This document shows positions 52,670 to 64,000 of a DNA stretch of 64,000 bases, in pieces. How positions within the stretch are numbered: the first letter of the stretch is position 1; every line of letters starts with the position of its first letter. The notes below the pieces were generated by a model. The model was not told where the DNA came from and made no database searches. It saw only the letters and a list, made by a program, of their open reading frames with translations. Both the position numbers and the translations under genes were made by a program. The DNA is from Syncephalis fuscata S228 (lineage: Eukaryota > Fungi > Zoopagomycota), in contig JAHLTZ010000062.1 in NCBI GenBank assembly GCA_025786725.1, positions 1-64,000 on the forward strand, read 5' to 3'.

Positions 52670-55405
52670 TTAATCGACTTCCATGTCAGCGTCGGCCGAG
52701 TTAGATGTTGCATCGGCTGCTGCTGCATCTTTTTCTGGAGCTGGCTCACCGGCAGGTGTGCTTGGTGCAGCTGGTTCAGGCGTGGCTGGCTTTGGTTTTG
52801 GCTTTGAAAGAATAGGTGCTGCAAAGAGTACCAATGCCTAATATACCATAATAATACCCAAAATTAATAAATAACGCTATTTAAATGATGTAAAACTTAC
52901 CTCGCGCTGTTGGAGAATATCCTTGGTGTATAAAACTGAATCCTTGTCCTTACCAAGTGCATCTTGCTGTTTTAGCTTGCTTTCGAGCCAGCTTTGGATC
53001 TTTAAGCACTGGTTGATTACCGATTGCTTATCTTCGGCAGAGATATGCTCGAAGCGAGCGTCCTGGCCTGAAGCATTAAGCGTGTACTGGTCGATAGCCT
53101 CGCGCAAAGAACGAATAGCCTTTGGCCGTTCTTCGGCTTCCTTGTAGCGAATAGCAATTGGATCGCCATGGCGGTGTAGCTCATCTAGCTTCTCGATATA
53201 AACACTTTGGTGGCATCTTCACCTTCATCGTATAGCCATTCTTCGGTGGCATTAAGCAGGGACATAAATGCACTACGTTCCTGTTCTGACGCATAGTCCT
53301 TGTAGCGCATATCAAGCTTGTCGCGCATGTCGTAAACATACTCTTCCAGAGCATTTTTACGCTCTGCCGTGTCAATAACCAAACGATCTGTTGAGTGCAT
53401 CTGGCCTTCGTTTTCTTGCAGCTCAGTAATGTACGATGTTGGCAGACTAGGCGTAGTAGACACAACAGGTATTTCGTGCTTCTTAACTGTCTTCTTTGAC
53501 TTCTTGGCAGCTGGTGACGGCGATGATGCATCCGCACTTGCTTCTGCCGACTTGTCGTCCGTGTCCATTTGTGCTGCTTGATCCGGAGTGGCCTCGTCTT
53601 CTTCCTTGACAATTTCTTCAGCAATATGCGCACTTTCTACAACAACAACGCCATGGATATTGACGCGGGCCTTAACACGAACTGTAGACAATTCGCCGTC
53701 CTTGGTAGGTACAACGTTCTTTACGCTGAAACGGCCAATTAGTGGCTGAGTACCAGCTGGCAGTTTGTCTGATGACACGTAAAGTGCCTCAACATCAAAC
53801 GGATCTTTACGATAGAAAGTAAGGATCTTGGTGCTTGGCATGCTATTTCCCTTGGCAAATACATCGAGCTCCGATAGAGTCTGCGGGTCGTTGGACGATG
53901 GCCAGGCAAATTTGATAGGATATGGCGTAATATCTTGGACAGCGAATTCACGCACACGGAAAGCTGGTGATAGCATAGCACATTGTAAAGCACATCCACG
54001 AGCAATGGCTTCATCTTGATTAAGCGTAGTGCTTAATTCCTTGTGGAAAACAGCCTCTAGCTGCTGTTTAATGGCAGGAATGCGCATAGAGCCGCCTACC
54101 AACTCGATAGCATCAACTTGCTCGGCAGTAACGCCAGCATTGACCAATGCTTCGCGCACTATTGGTTCAACTCGGCTAAATAGACCGGCAGCTAGCTCTT
54201 CAAACTGATGGCGTTCTAATATCGAGCTGACATCGCGGTCATTCATCAAGTTTTCCACATTAAGTGGTGCCTTGGAGTTGGCCGATAGAACCTTCTTTAG
54301 CTTCTCGCAGGCCGTACGTAGACGAAGCATAGCCTTGCCGTTGGATTTGACATCAATCTTGTACTTTTCTTTAAATTCTTCGCAGAAATGGTCGCAAAGT
54401 ACTTCGTCAAAGTAACGGCCACCCAAATGGATATCAAAAGCAGTACCCTTGATCAATAGCTGTCCCTTTTTGAACTCGACTACAGCAACGCTGAATGAAG
54501 AGTGGCCCATATCGGTAAACACAACAGTACGTGGCTTGTCTTCCGGCAGATCGGTCTTGGTAATGCCATAACCGAGCGCAGCTAATGGACAGTATATGGT
54601 TAGTTAGTTAAAAGTCAATCTATAATATATAGCACTTTATTACTCACCAGCCGTTGTGTCGTTCATCAAACGAAGGCAATTAAGGCCTGCAATCTCTGCA
54701 GCATCCAAAAGTGCACGTCGTTGGCCATCGGTAAACCAGCCAGGTACAGAAAGAACTACATCAGACACTGGTGCCTTCAACTCGGCCACTGCAGTTTCGC
54801 GTAGACGAGCAAGATACATTGCGATAAGCTGCACTGCTGAGAATGTAGTGTCATTGTCTAGATAATTGACCTATATGTACAGTTAATAAAAGCCAATCTA
54901 TCGCTTAAGCTAATCTGTGCCTACCTTGGCACCAACTTGGCCGTTCACGTCGCATAATTCGGCAGTAATAAAACGCTTTTCCACTTGTTGCACTTCTGGA
55001 TCATCGAAACGACGACCAACAAGACGCTTCAACGCGGCAACCGTATTACGGAAGTTACTAATTTCCTACAAAGTTAACAGTATTAGTCGAATGTATTAAT
55101 GAAAATATTATGTCATACATTAGTTTTGGCTGATTCGCCCAAATAGCGTTGCTTTGAACCAAACGATACTAACGAACTATAGCAAGTTTGAAATTTTAGT
55201 ACACAGCAAGTCTAGACGACTAATTCCTATACTTACGGTGTAGCACGATTGGATACTTCATTGCAAATGACGTCAATACCACGATTGCGTGCCACTGCAA
55301 TTACCGACTGTAAATTGCCGAAATCAATACCTGTATACCATGTAGCAGTTAGTTGCTGCGCATCATAGAAACTACTCAAGCATTCGACCTACCAACAACC
55401 GACAT
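52670..55405 (-). CDS. SSE1: Hsp110 chaperone (Sse1/Hsp88)
   Basis: [57 protein letters not shown], ends DMEVD*; 1-nt frameshift near 53205. Confidence 0.96.
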
Positions 55406-55580
55406 GATGTAGAAAGAAAGTTGCGCTAAAGAACAGAGATACAAAGAGCAGATGAAAGAACTGTAACCGTTGCAAACGAAAGAGAAACGAAAATCGACTG
55501 GCTAAATATGCGCGCCTTTTTTTAATTGGTTGTAATGCTTCAAATAAAAAAACTGATAAGCGAATCTGACACGACCTCAC

Positions 55581-55605
55581 ATTCTAGCATGTTCCACATG
55601 TTTCC
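55581..55605. promoter_or_regulatory. Step-type heat-shock element upstream of the Hsp110 gene
   Basis: aTTCt-aGCAt-gTTCc-aCATg-tTTCc: three nTTCn units at 10-bp spacing, 175-200 bp upstream of the ATG. Confidence 0.55.
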
Positions 55606-57095
55606 ATCACCAAATTTCTGTTATTATCGATTGAGTAACATCATTTTAATTTTTCGGGTAAACCTTTGCAGTGTAGCTAGATCACTATAGTTATAATTAC
55701 TATTTTTACCTTTTTAATTTTGGTTGAAATATGTATTCTTAATAAATATTACATAGGAGCTACTATGCTTTGACTTCACATTTTTATTTATCCATTTCAC
55801 CCTTCAACACGTTTAAATACGTTAAACACCCATTCATCACTATAACATGTATAATATTACGTCCAACATTGATTAATTCATGTGTAATTATTAATACAAT
55901 AATGTAATTAAATATGCCCAAAATGCAATACTCGAAAATTGGAAAATAAACAGACCATTCAAACGCAAGAATCCATGCTGTACGTAGCTGCAACAACTGC
56001 GGAATGACATGGAATTGTAATTATATGGCTTTTATTAATATTCAATCAATCTTTCTACGTATGGCCAACAACAACAATAATCAACCTCAAATGTTTCAAA
56101 GTAGTCGAATAGTATGTTACATTCTTTTATTTAAATTAATTTATTAACAACATCTTAATAGGAAGTAATATAACTATGTTGTGCATTATAATGGTATAAC
56201 TCTGATTGGAACGAATTGTGCTTTGGGGACAGATGTGGGAGTGTCATAGTTCAGCCAAAAACAGCTTTTCTATAAAATCCATAGTATTTCCATGTAAAAG
56301 TAATAGATTTAAATTGCTATATTTGAAACAGCACCAATGCATTGCTGTTGATTCGCAAATTGACAATGTTTCTAAAACATCCGTTGCTGGAACATGATTC
56401 AATTGCATTTTGATTCAATGCCATTTTATCAATGCTACGATAGTACCATATTTGATAACTATAGATCACCTAGATTGTTTCACACTAAAAATCGTAACTA
56501 CACTTTTGCTATATTTTAAATGCTATTTTCTACTTATGTAGAGCATAGCTATATAGCTGATTAATTTTTTCTAATAATAAATTTTGAACAAGTTCAGTTA
56601 ACTCATAATCTATGTATTTATATATGTTTGTAATTGTATTTTGTAATATCATTACAATTCATTACAAGCAATACCGATAACTTAATTAGTTAGTTTTTAT
56701 CTATTTTTATTAATGCTATTAAACAACTTACTAAATATTTAATGTAATTGGGAGAGGAGATCAAATGATTAAACTTGGAACATTTTCTATTAAACATGAA
56801 ATTAAGTGGCGAGTGACACCAGTCATCGAAATATTATTTTTTAAATACTTTATAGCAACAGCAATAATATGGATTTGGGGTTGGTATGATGTTATAGCAA
56901 CAAATCTTATTTTCAGGAGTAAAAGTCGATGGCAATTTATACAAAATGAAGCGTAATTGATGCATTTTAGCATATTATAAATTATTCTGTTACCACCAAT
57001 AGTCGTTATTTCTGCTAAACTAGTTGCTAATTCTCTATTGCTGTAATGCCTTTTTATGCTTCAACCTTTGTAAATTTATAGATTCGATGACAATT

Positions 57096-58054
57096 CTATA
57101 AAGTATTGGCCATATGGTACCTTTTACGACTAGCAAAAGAGCTAGTTTTACTCTTTACGGTTCGGCAATGTCTGATCAGTATTGTACTAACAAGCACCCT
57201 AGATTCGTATTAGTACATCAATAATGTTCAATGTGTTAAGGCCCACCAATCTGCAAGAAACAACAGGTCAGTGTTTCCCCCAACTATATGAAATATTATG
57301 CAAATGCAACAAATGATGTTGCATAGCACGGCCAGACACATTGCTTGAATACCATCGCGTGCTAGTCGTTTCCATGCGTCCAATCCATACTGGCGATACT
57401 GTTGTAGCGCCACGTAATAAAATATGCTTGAAAAAAGTAAATTAATTAATACTGCTGTCCCAAACCAGTACCATAAGAAAAACGGCGGATAGTTAAATAC
57501 ACAGCCGCTATCTGCCGTCAGTAAAGAGAAGCTGTAGAACACAATTAAAAACCCGTATACTAGATGTGACAATGTCAGTGGAATACCAACATATGCCACC
57601 CATTTTTGGCGATCAAATATCAGATAGGCCTTTTGAAGTAAAATCAAGCTATTGCAAAAGTAGGAAATTGATATTCCAAATCCAATAAACCATATTGTAT
57701 GTCGACAATTGAAAACACTGCCCAACTCCATAAGCATAATCATCAGACCGGTTAGAATTCCAAGGACAGTAGGGACTAGACAGCACCATGAAACTAGGAT
57801 ATATGGTCGCGCTATCACCATCTTGAACGAAATGATAAAGTTGCGTAAAATAATGAAGGATAGTACTGGAATGGTTATTATTTGCGTTTTGCTACCAAAC
57901 CATTGATTGCGTTGATCTTCTATACTGTTGGATGCCATCATATAAAAGTCCAGTATACTGACTTCACCAAGTGGGTGAGCCGGATTACCCCATAGCTTTG
58001 TTGCGTTTCTTATCCATTCGTTTGCAGCTGCATTGTTTAGTCTATGACCGGCAT
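57096..58054 (-). CDS. 7-TM GPCR-like family, copy 2
   Basis: Same motifs (AHPLGE, NCRH, QKAYL, SGC, AWKRLARDG, DW intron); ATG 58054 by homology, with a 1-nt deletion in codon 6. Confidence 0.8.
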
Positions 58055-58656
58055 TAACAGCTCTGTGTATCAAACATATAATAGGTAGTAAAATAATGTT
58101 AAAAGCAATAAATACGATATTGGAATGGGATTATGAGCATTTATGAATCAACGCCAGTTTACTATTTTTGCCCTTAGTTTTTATGCATAGCGACTAGTTA
58201 TGGCAATACAACTGGTTTTATTATGAGTGAATATGCGTATATTCTATTGTGGTCGAACAACATGTAGCCTTAGCCGATTGCACAGTAAGTACCCTTGCGC
58301 CTGTCTCGGCTCTTAGCAACAGCAGTAGTATAATACTGCACACAAATAAGTCCCATGAACTTTTCAGCAATAGTCTATCCGTAGCAGTGACTTGCTGTAT
58401 CGCATACATGATGTTATGAATGGAATATAGAGTTTGCACAGACATAAGCACATTACTAAATTTAAACCTTTGTGATCGTACAACTGTAATATTCTAATTT
58501 AGCATCAGCATTTCACATTGTATAATACCAATCATTGTAAAGTTATATTTTTAAGCAACATTTATATGAATTATATAAAATATTTGCTAAACAATAGTTA
58601 AATTCAAAGGTGACCGTTCATTAGTTCATGCTTTTAGAAATGGTAACCTTTGAGAA

Positions 58657-59570
58657 TTAGCAATTCAATGTTTTGAAGTTACTTGAATCACTAGAGTTAT
58701 TTTGTACAGATTGGCAATGCTTAATTAATATAGTACTAACAGCAATCCTATACATATATACATTAACAAATCTTATATATATCGCAGTATTAAAGCCTAC
58801 CAGCCTACATGAAATACCATGCCTATACAGCAAATCATGTTGCATAGCACAGCCAAGCACGTTAGTTGAAAACATTGCGTACTAACCATCTCCACGCATC
58901 TGAACCATGTCTACAATATTGCTTTAGTGCGATGTAGCAAAAAACACCTAAAAAAGTAGATTAATTGGCGCTGTCGTTGCAAGCCAGTACCACAGCAGCG
59001 ACGAAGGGTGGTTAAACGTAAAGCTGCTGTCTGCAGTCAGCGTAAAGAAGCTGTAGGATATAATTAAAAATGAATATACTAGATGCGACGATGCCAGTGA
59101 AATGCCAACATATGTCATCCATTTTTGCCGATCAAGTACCAAGTACGCTTTTGGAGTAGATCAAGCTATTTCAAAAGTAGGACATTGATATTCCAAATAA
59201 AATGCATCATATAGTATGTCTGCAATCAAAGCCAAGACCCAAATACACAATTATAGAAATTACGGCAACTATAAGTCCGAAATAGTAGGAATTAAGCAGC
59301 ATCATGAAGCTAGAATATATGGTTGTGCTATCACCATTTTGGAAGAAATAATAAAGTTGCGCAAAAAATAAATGTTAATACTGGAACAAGCATTAATTAT
59401 ATTTTGCTGCTAAACCACTGATTGCGTTGCTCATCTATATCACCAGATGTTATCATATAGTAGCCCAATATATTAATTTCGCCGAGTGGATACATTGGAT
59501 TGTTCCATATTTTTAGTGCATGTTTCATCCATTCATTGGTGGTGGCATTACTGTAGTCGGTAGCCGGAAT
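58657..59570 (-). pseudogene. 7-TM GPCR-like family, copy 3 (pseudogene)
   Basis: ATT instead of ATG, several frameshifts, altered LARDG, and an approximately 33-nt deletion removing the loop and start of TM7. Confidence 0.78.
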
Positions 59571-60264
59571 CTTTTACTGTAAATGTTTGTTCAAATAAAA
59601 GTATTAAGAAAACGCTAAAAATTGAATTAAAGTTGACGTGATCCGTTACTTACCATCCTTGAAATGTACGCATGATAACCTGTCATGACTATAAATCGGT
59701 TTTCTCAACGATATTGGGGAAGTATCAAATATTCTACTACAACCTTTAGTACAACTAAATATATTACAAATGCTTAGTTTTATATAAAAACATACACGTG
59801 TAACATTTCGATTTAGGCCTACATCATTAAAACATATTTTATAAAATAACATTGCAATAATGTAAATTCTGGCGTAGAATGTGTAAAACTATTAGCATAG
59901 CTAATGTAACTTAGTGTAAAAACATTATACTTTCTTATCATATTTAGTATGCACAAAAATAATGATCACTACAAAAGTGTAATAAAGATAATTTTATTAA
60001 TGTTATAATATGTCATTGTATATACATATATATGTGTGTGTATGTGTAGAACTACTTTAATGCATACTATTCTACCAGTGTTTTTGGATAGTGTTTTGTA
60101 AAAGTAATTGCTAGTTGTAAGCATAGTTCGCAATACCAATAATTACTGTAACCGGTACATAACATCGTATCACCACATTGATATATCGTAACAAAAAGTG
60201 GTGGCTACTCTACTTGTTACAGGTAATTAAAACTAGATTGTTATGCTAAACATTTATTTGTATG

Positions 60265-61250
60265 TTATTTTATAAATAGTACGCTTTCAGGTTGGAACGA
60301 GTCAATAATACAATATTTTTTGAGATCGCTTGAATCACTAGAGTTATTTTTTACAGATTGGCAATGCTTGATCAATATAGTACTAACAGCAATCCTAGAC
60401 ATATATTAACAAATCTTATGTATATTGCAGTATTAAAGCCTACCAGTCTGTAACAAATAACAGATCGGCATTTCCTCCACCTATATGGAATGTTAAGCCT
60501 ATACAGCAAATAATATTGCATAAAACGGCCAAAGACATTTGCTGAATACCATCGCGTGCTAATTGCATCCAGGCATTTGATCCATGTTGGCGATATTGCT
60601 TCAATGCAATGTGGCAAAACACGCCTGAAAAAATTAAACTAATCGGCGCTGTCATTGTAAACCAAAACCCCACAACAAACGGTGGGTAGTTAATTGTGCA
60701 TCCGCTATCTGCAGTCAGTGCGGAAAAACAATAGGGTATAACAGTAACGAAATAGAATATATTTAACGATATCAGTGGAATACCAACATATAACAACCAT
60801 TTTTGCCGATCAAGTATCAGGTAAGCTTTTGAAGCAAAATCAAATTGTTACAAAAATAAGATATTGATATCCCGAATGTAATGAACCATATCGTATGCCT
60901 GCAAATAAAAATCCAACCCAGGTACATAAGCATAGTTATTGAGCTAGCCATAACTCCAAGAATACTAGGAATTAGACAGCACCACGAAACTAAGATATAT
61001 GGTCGCATTAGCGTCATTTTGACGAAATGATAAAGTTGTGTAAAATGATAAATGACGCTATTAGAAGGAATAATATCTGTAGTTTACTGCCGAACCATAG
61101 ACTGCGTTGTTCGTCTATGTTGCCGGATGCCATCATGTAAAAGTCTAGCGTGTTAATTTCACCAAGTGGATGAAGTGAATTACCCCATAGCTTTTTCGCA
61201 TGTTTCCTCCATTCGTTGGTAGCTGCATTATTGTAGTCGATAACCGGCAT
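60265..61250 (-). CDS. 7-TM GPCR-like family, copy 4 (two frameshifts, probably assembly errors)
   Basis: MPVIDYNNAATNEW...LHPLGE, ICRH, SGC, AWMQLARDG, DW intron, then IAVSTILIKHC. Confidence 0.75.
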
Positions 61251-62197
61251 TTTTAGTAAAGTTATAATAGAGCAAAGCAATGTAAATTCGTTTAAATAAA
61301 AGTAACAGAAGAAAATACAAATAATGATAGATTCAGCGTGGAAGCGCCACTCATTGTACTTGAGGTGCATGCATGATAACTAGTTATTGCAATAAAACCA
61401 GTTTTTGGCAATGATGATAAGTGCGGATTCTGTAATGCAGTTTCGTTCTAACTAAATGTCCAATGAATATCTGTCATAAAATCAATTGTTAAACATTTAG
61501 ATATGTCTATTTTATACAATATTTTATTAAGATTAAAGCAATATATATTACATTGCTTATCGAATGAATATGTATTATAGCGAGTATTACCGGGAACTGC
61601 TGTGACCCAGTGGATTTTTATGGAAAAAGCCAGGCCTTTGTGAAATCGTTTATCAGGCAATATCTCGATTTAGCAATGCATCATTGCAGTACCATGCTTT
61701 ATAAAATGATATTATAGTATCACTATTTTAATTTAGAACTGCAACTTAAATGACCAAGCAATACCTTATCCTGACGTTATGTTATAGCTTTAATCTTTAA
61801 TAGTTACTAATACTTATATTAACACTCAGAGTACAATGTATTGGCTGGTTATATTGATTTGATAACAAACTTATTTTCTATTGGTTGTTAAATATTACAG
61901 TTTAATTATAATAGGCCGAATAACTTGCATGACGCTAAGTAGAAATAAGATTGGACTAGAGACTTGATTATCACTTTATTGATATTGAATAAAGCTATTA
62001 TTACATAATAAACATAATTAATAATATAACTTGAATATTCTATATTCCTTCAGCACTAACACAGCATATCGGTTTATTTAACTGCTCATATGTTCACAGC
62101 TAACAAGTAGTTATTCGTTATATTTTCGTAATAAACATTTGTTGCTAGCAATTAGCACTAATACCTGTATCTATATACATATTATTATTAATGACTA

Positions 62198-62262
62198 AAT
62201 TACATTATTAACGAAGTTCATTTTAAGCTTTGTTATAGTCTAATTAAGGTTTCCCTTCAGGG
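62198..62262 (-). repeat. Dispersed CCCTGAAGGGAA repeat, copy 2
   Basis: Reverse complement aligns with 13525-13592. Confidence 0.6.
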
Positions 62263-62803
62263 TCCATTGCATTTATACTCCATTTAATCGCCCACACTAT
62301 TATAAATACTTAATACACTGGCTAAACATTAAATAAACAACTTTTCTGCTTCCATTACTTTTAGTTTACTTTCAAATTTATACAGTGAGAATTTTGTTTT
62401 AAATTGCGAATAAAACTATTTATTGGTAAAAAAGGCACTAAAATATGCTTTAATAATTTTATTAACTTAAATATCAACGCTCTGACTAAGCACCTCTATT
62501 ACTCTCTCTCCTATTTTGGTTGCTTGGCAAACATTACAAAATCATAAACCTGATTTTGCAACAATATGTGAAGGTACTGTACCATTGAAAATGCACAATA
62601 AACACTATTATTTATAGCAAAAGTTAATTACAACATAACGTATTTTATTAGTTTTAGTTATAAGCAATAATTAATACTGCATCATCTGACTAAGAATAGA
62701 CTTGATTGTGCTAAAATGAATAATAATCAGGTGTGTCATGTATATAAATGATTCTAAATATCATTTGTTTCATTTTCATATATTTTTTCTTTACTTGACT
62801 ACT

Positions 62804-64000
62804 ATGAATAGAATTTATAAATTACTTGGTACGCGTACTGCTTTACGGCCAGTGCAACAACAGTTAAGTAATCTACGATTATGCGCTCGGCCAACACTTT
62901 ACAATCGAGCTGTATCTTTCCCCGTGACGTCATACGGTCAACGATCCATCCATTTTGATACAACAACACCTAACGCTGACGGTCTATTTCGACGCCACCG
63001 CACACTACTGCTTACCGTACTTATCGGTGGCAGTATAGGACTGGTCGTGGCACGTCCATTCATCATTAACGCTTGGAATTACCCACGCGATGTACGACAG
63101 ACACTACGCCAGGCACTACTTCACGAAAAACACTTACATAAACCCGAAATAGCCATCCGTTTGTACCGCAAAGCTTGGCAACAAGCACAAGCAGCCGGTA
63201 TGAATATGGCCGGCCCATCAGCCACGGGTATTCTTATTGCACTAGGTGGCCTACTCGAGCAGCAGTATAACGAGCATCCTGATACCTCCCATTGGCGCCA
63301 AGAAGCCATTCAAGTATACAAGACGGCATTTGAAACAATTTTGCATCTACCACCACCACCCTCATCAGCATCGTCGTCGTCGTCGTCGTCGACAGAGACT
63401 TATGAACATGCACATCATGGTGCAGAATCTACTTGGGAGCGACTAACAGATGGTCAAAAACAACGTTTACTTGGCCTGTCTCAGAAACTTGGCGATCTTT
63501 ATGCTATGGATCGTGATGACGATGAAGCAGCCGAACGCTACTATGCATGGTCATTAATGCATGTTATGCGCGCCAGTCAAAAACCTACTACCAATACTAA
63601 TGATACACTAATGCAACTGCCTAAATGGACCAATAATACAGATTTTGCTGCCTGTCTTGAAACATTGGCAAGATTTTACTCAGAACGTGGCCTTTATGCG
63701 CGAGCTATACCGATCTACGAACTAACACTACGTCGTTTACCTATTGCATCAGATGATTGTCGCGTTAGCAGCATACTTTGTCACTTGGCCGATGCAGCCG
63801 TTGGTGTAGGCAATCTAGTAAAAGCCAAACAATGTACCGAACAAGGTTTGCAAGTAGCACGCCGTGGACGAGGCGGTCTCTGTCAGACTATGCGAGGTGC
63901 TCTTTTATTCAATCGAGCACTTATACTACATGTAAGCCATTGTGCTATATAATATAATATAGTTTAATATAACGCTTTATTAGATGCAAGGTGATGAAAT
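62804..64000 (+). CDS. Mitochondrial-type TM plus TPR protein (Mgr3/TTC19-like), continues past the window
   Basis: Arg-rich presequence, one TM segment, YPRDVRQTLRQAL, TPR-like helices (LETLARFYSERG..ARAIPIYE); intron starts near 63932. Family assignment is tentative. Confidence 0.65.

Overview
Eukaryotic DNA from an intron-rich, AT-rich fungal genome. The gene set (6-TM Kv channel, Munc13-like protein, divergent septin, 44-75 nt introns) suggests an early-diverging fungus; a Zoopagomycota/Syncephalis-like mycoparasite is my unverified guess. Positions 1-10.5 kb hold nested Ty3/gypsy retrotransposons (family A inside family B inside an older A), with LTRs, a shared initiator-tRNA primer site and two matching -1 frameshift pseudoknot cassettes. 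The core holds housekeeping genes: urease, stomatin-like, HDDC2, Kv channel, STE50, Munc13/C2, septin, calcineurin B, SDH5, Msn2/Seb1-like TF, a ubiquitin-UBL-AN1 fusion, AP-3 mu, VTI1, Hsp110 and a TPR protein. Four copies of an unrecognised 7-TM GPCR-like family (one at 12 kb, three in tandem at 57-61 kb) share a D-W intron and an upstream AACCGGTT-like palindrome. Best novelty candidates: this receptor family, a 255-codon ATG-free in-frame extension of calcineurin B with an NLS-like motif, and the cleavable ubiquitin fusion. Scattered 1-nt deletions break even essential genes, so most frameshifts are probably assembly errors. All calls are by eye; no searches were run.
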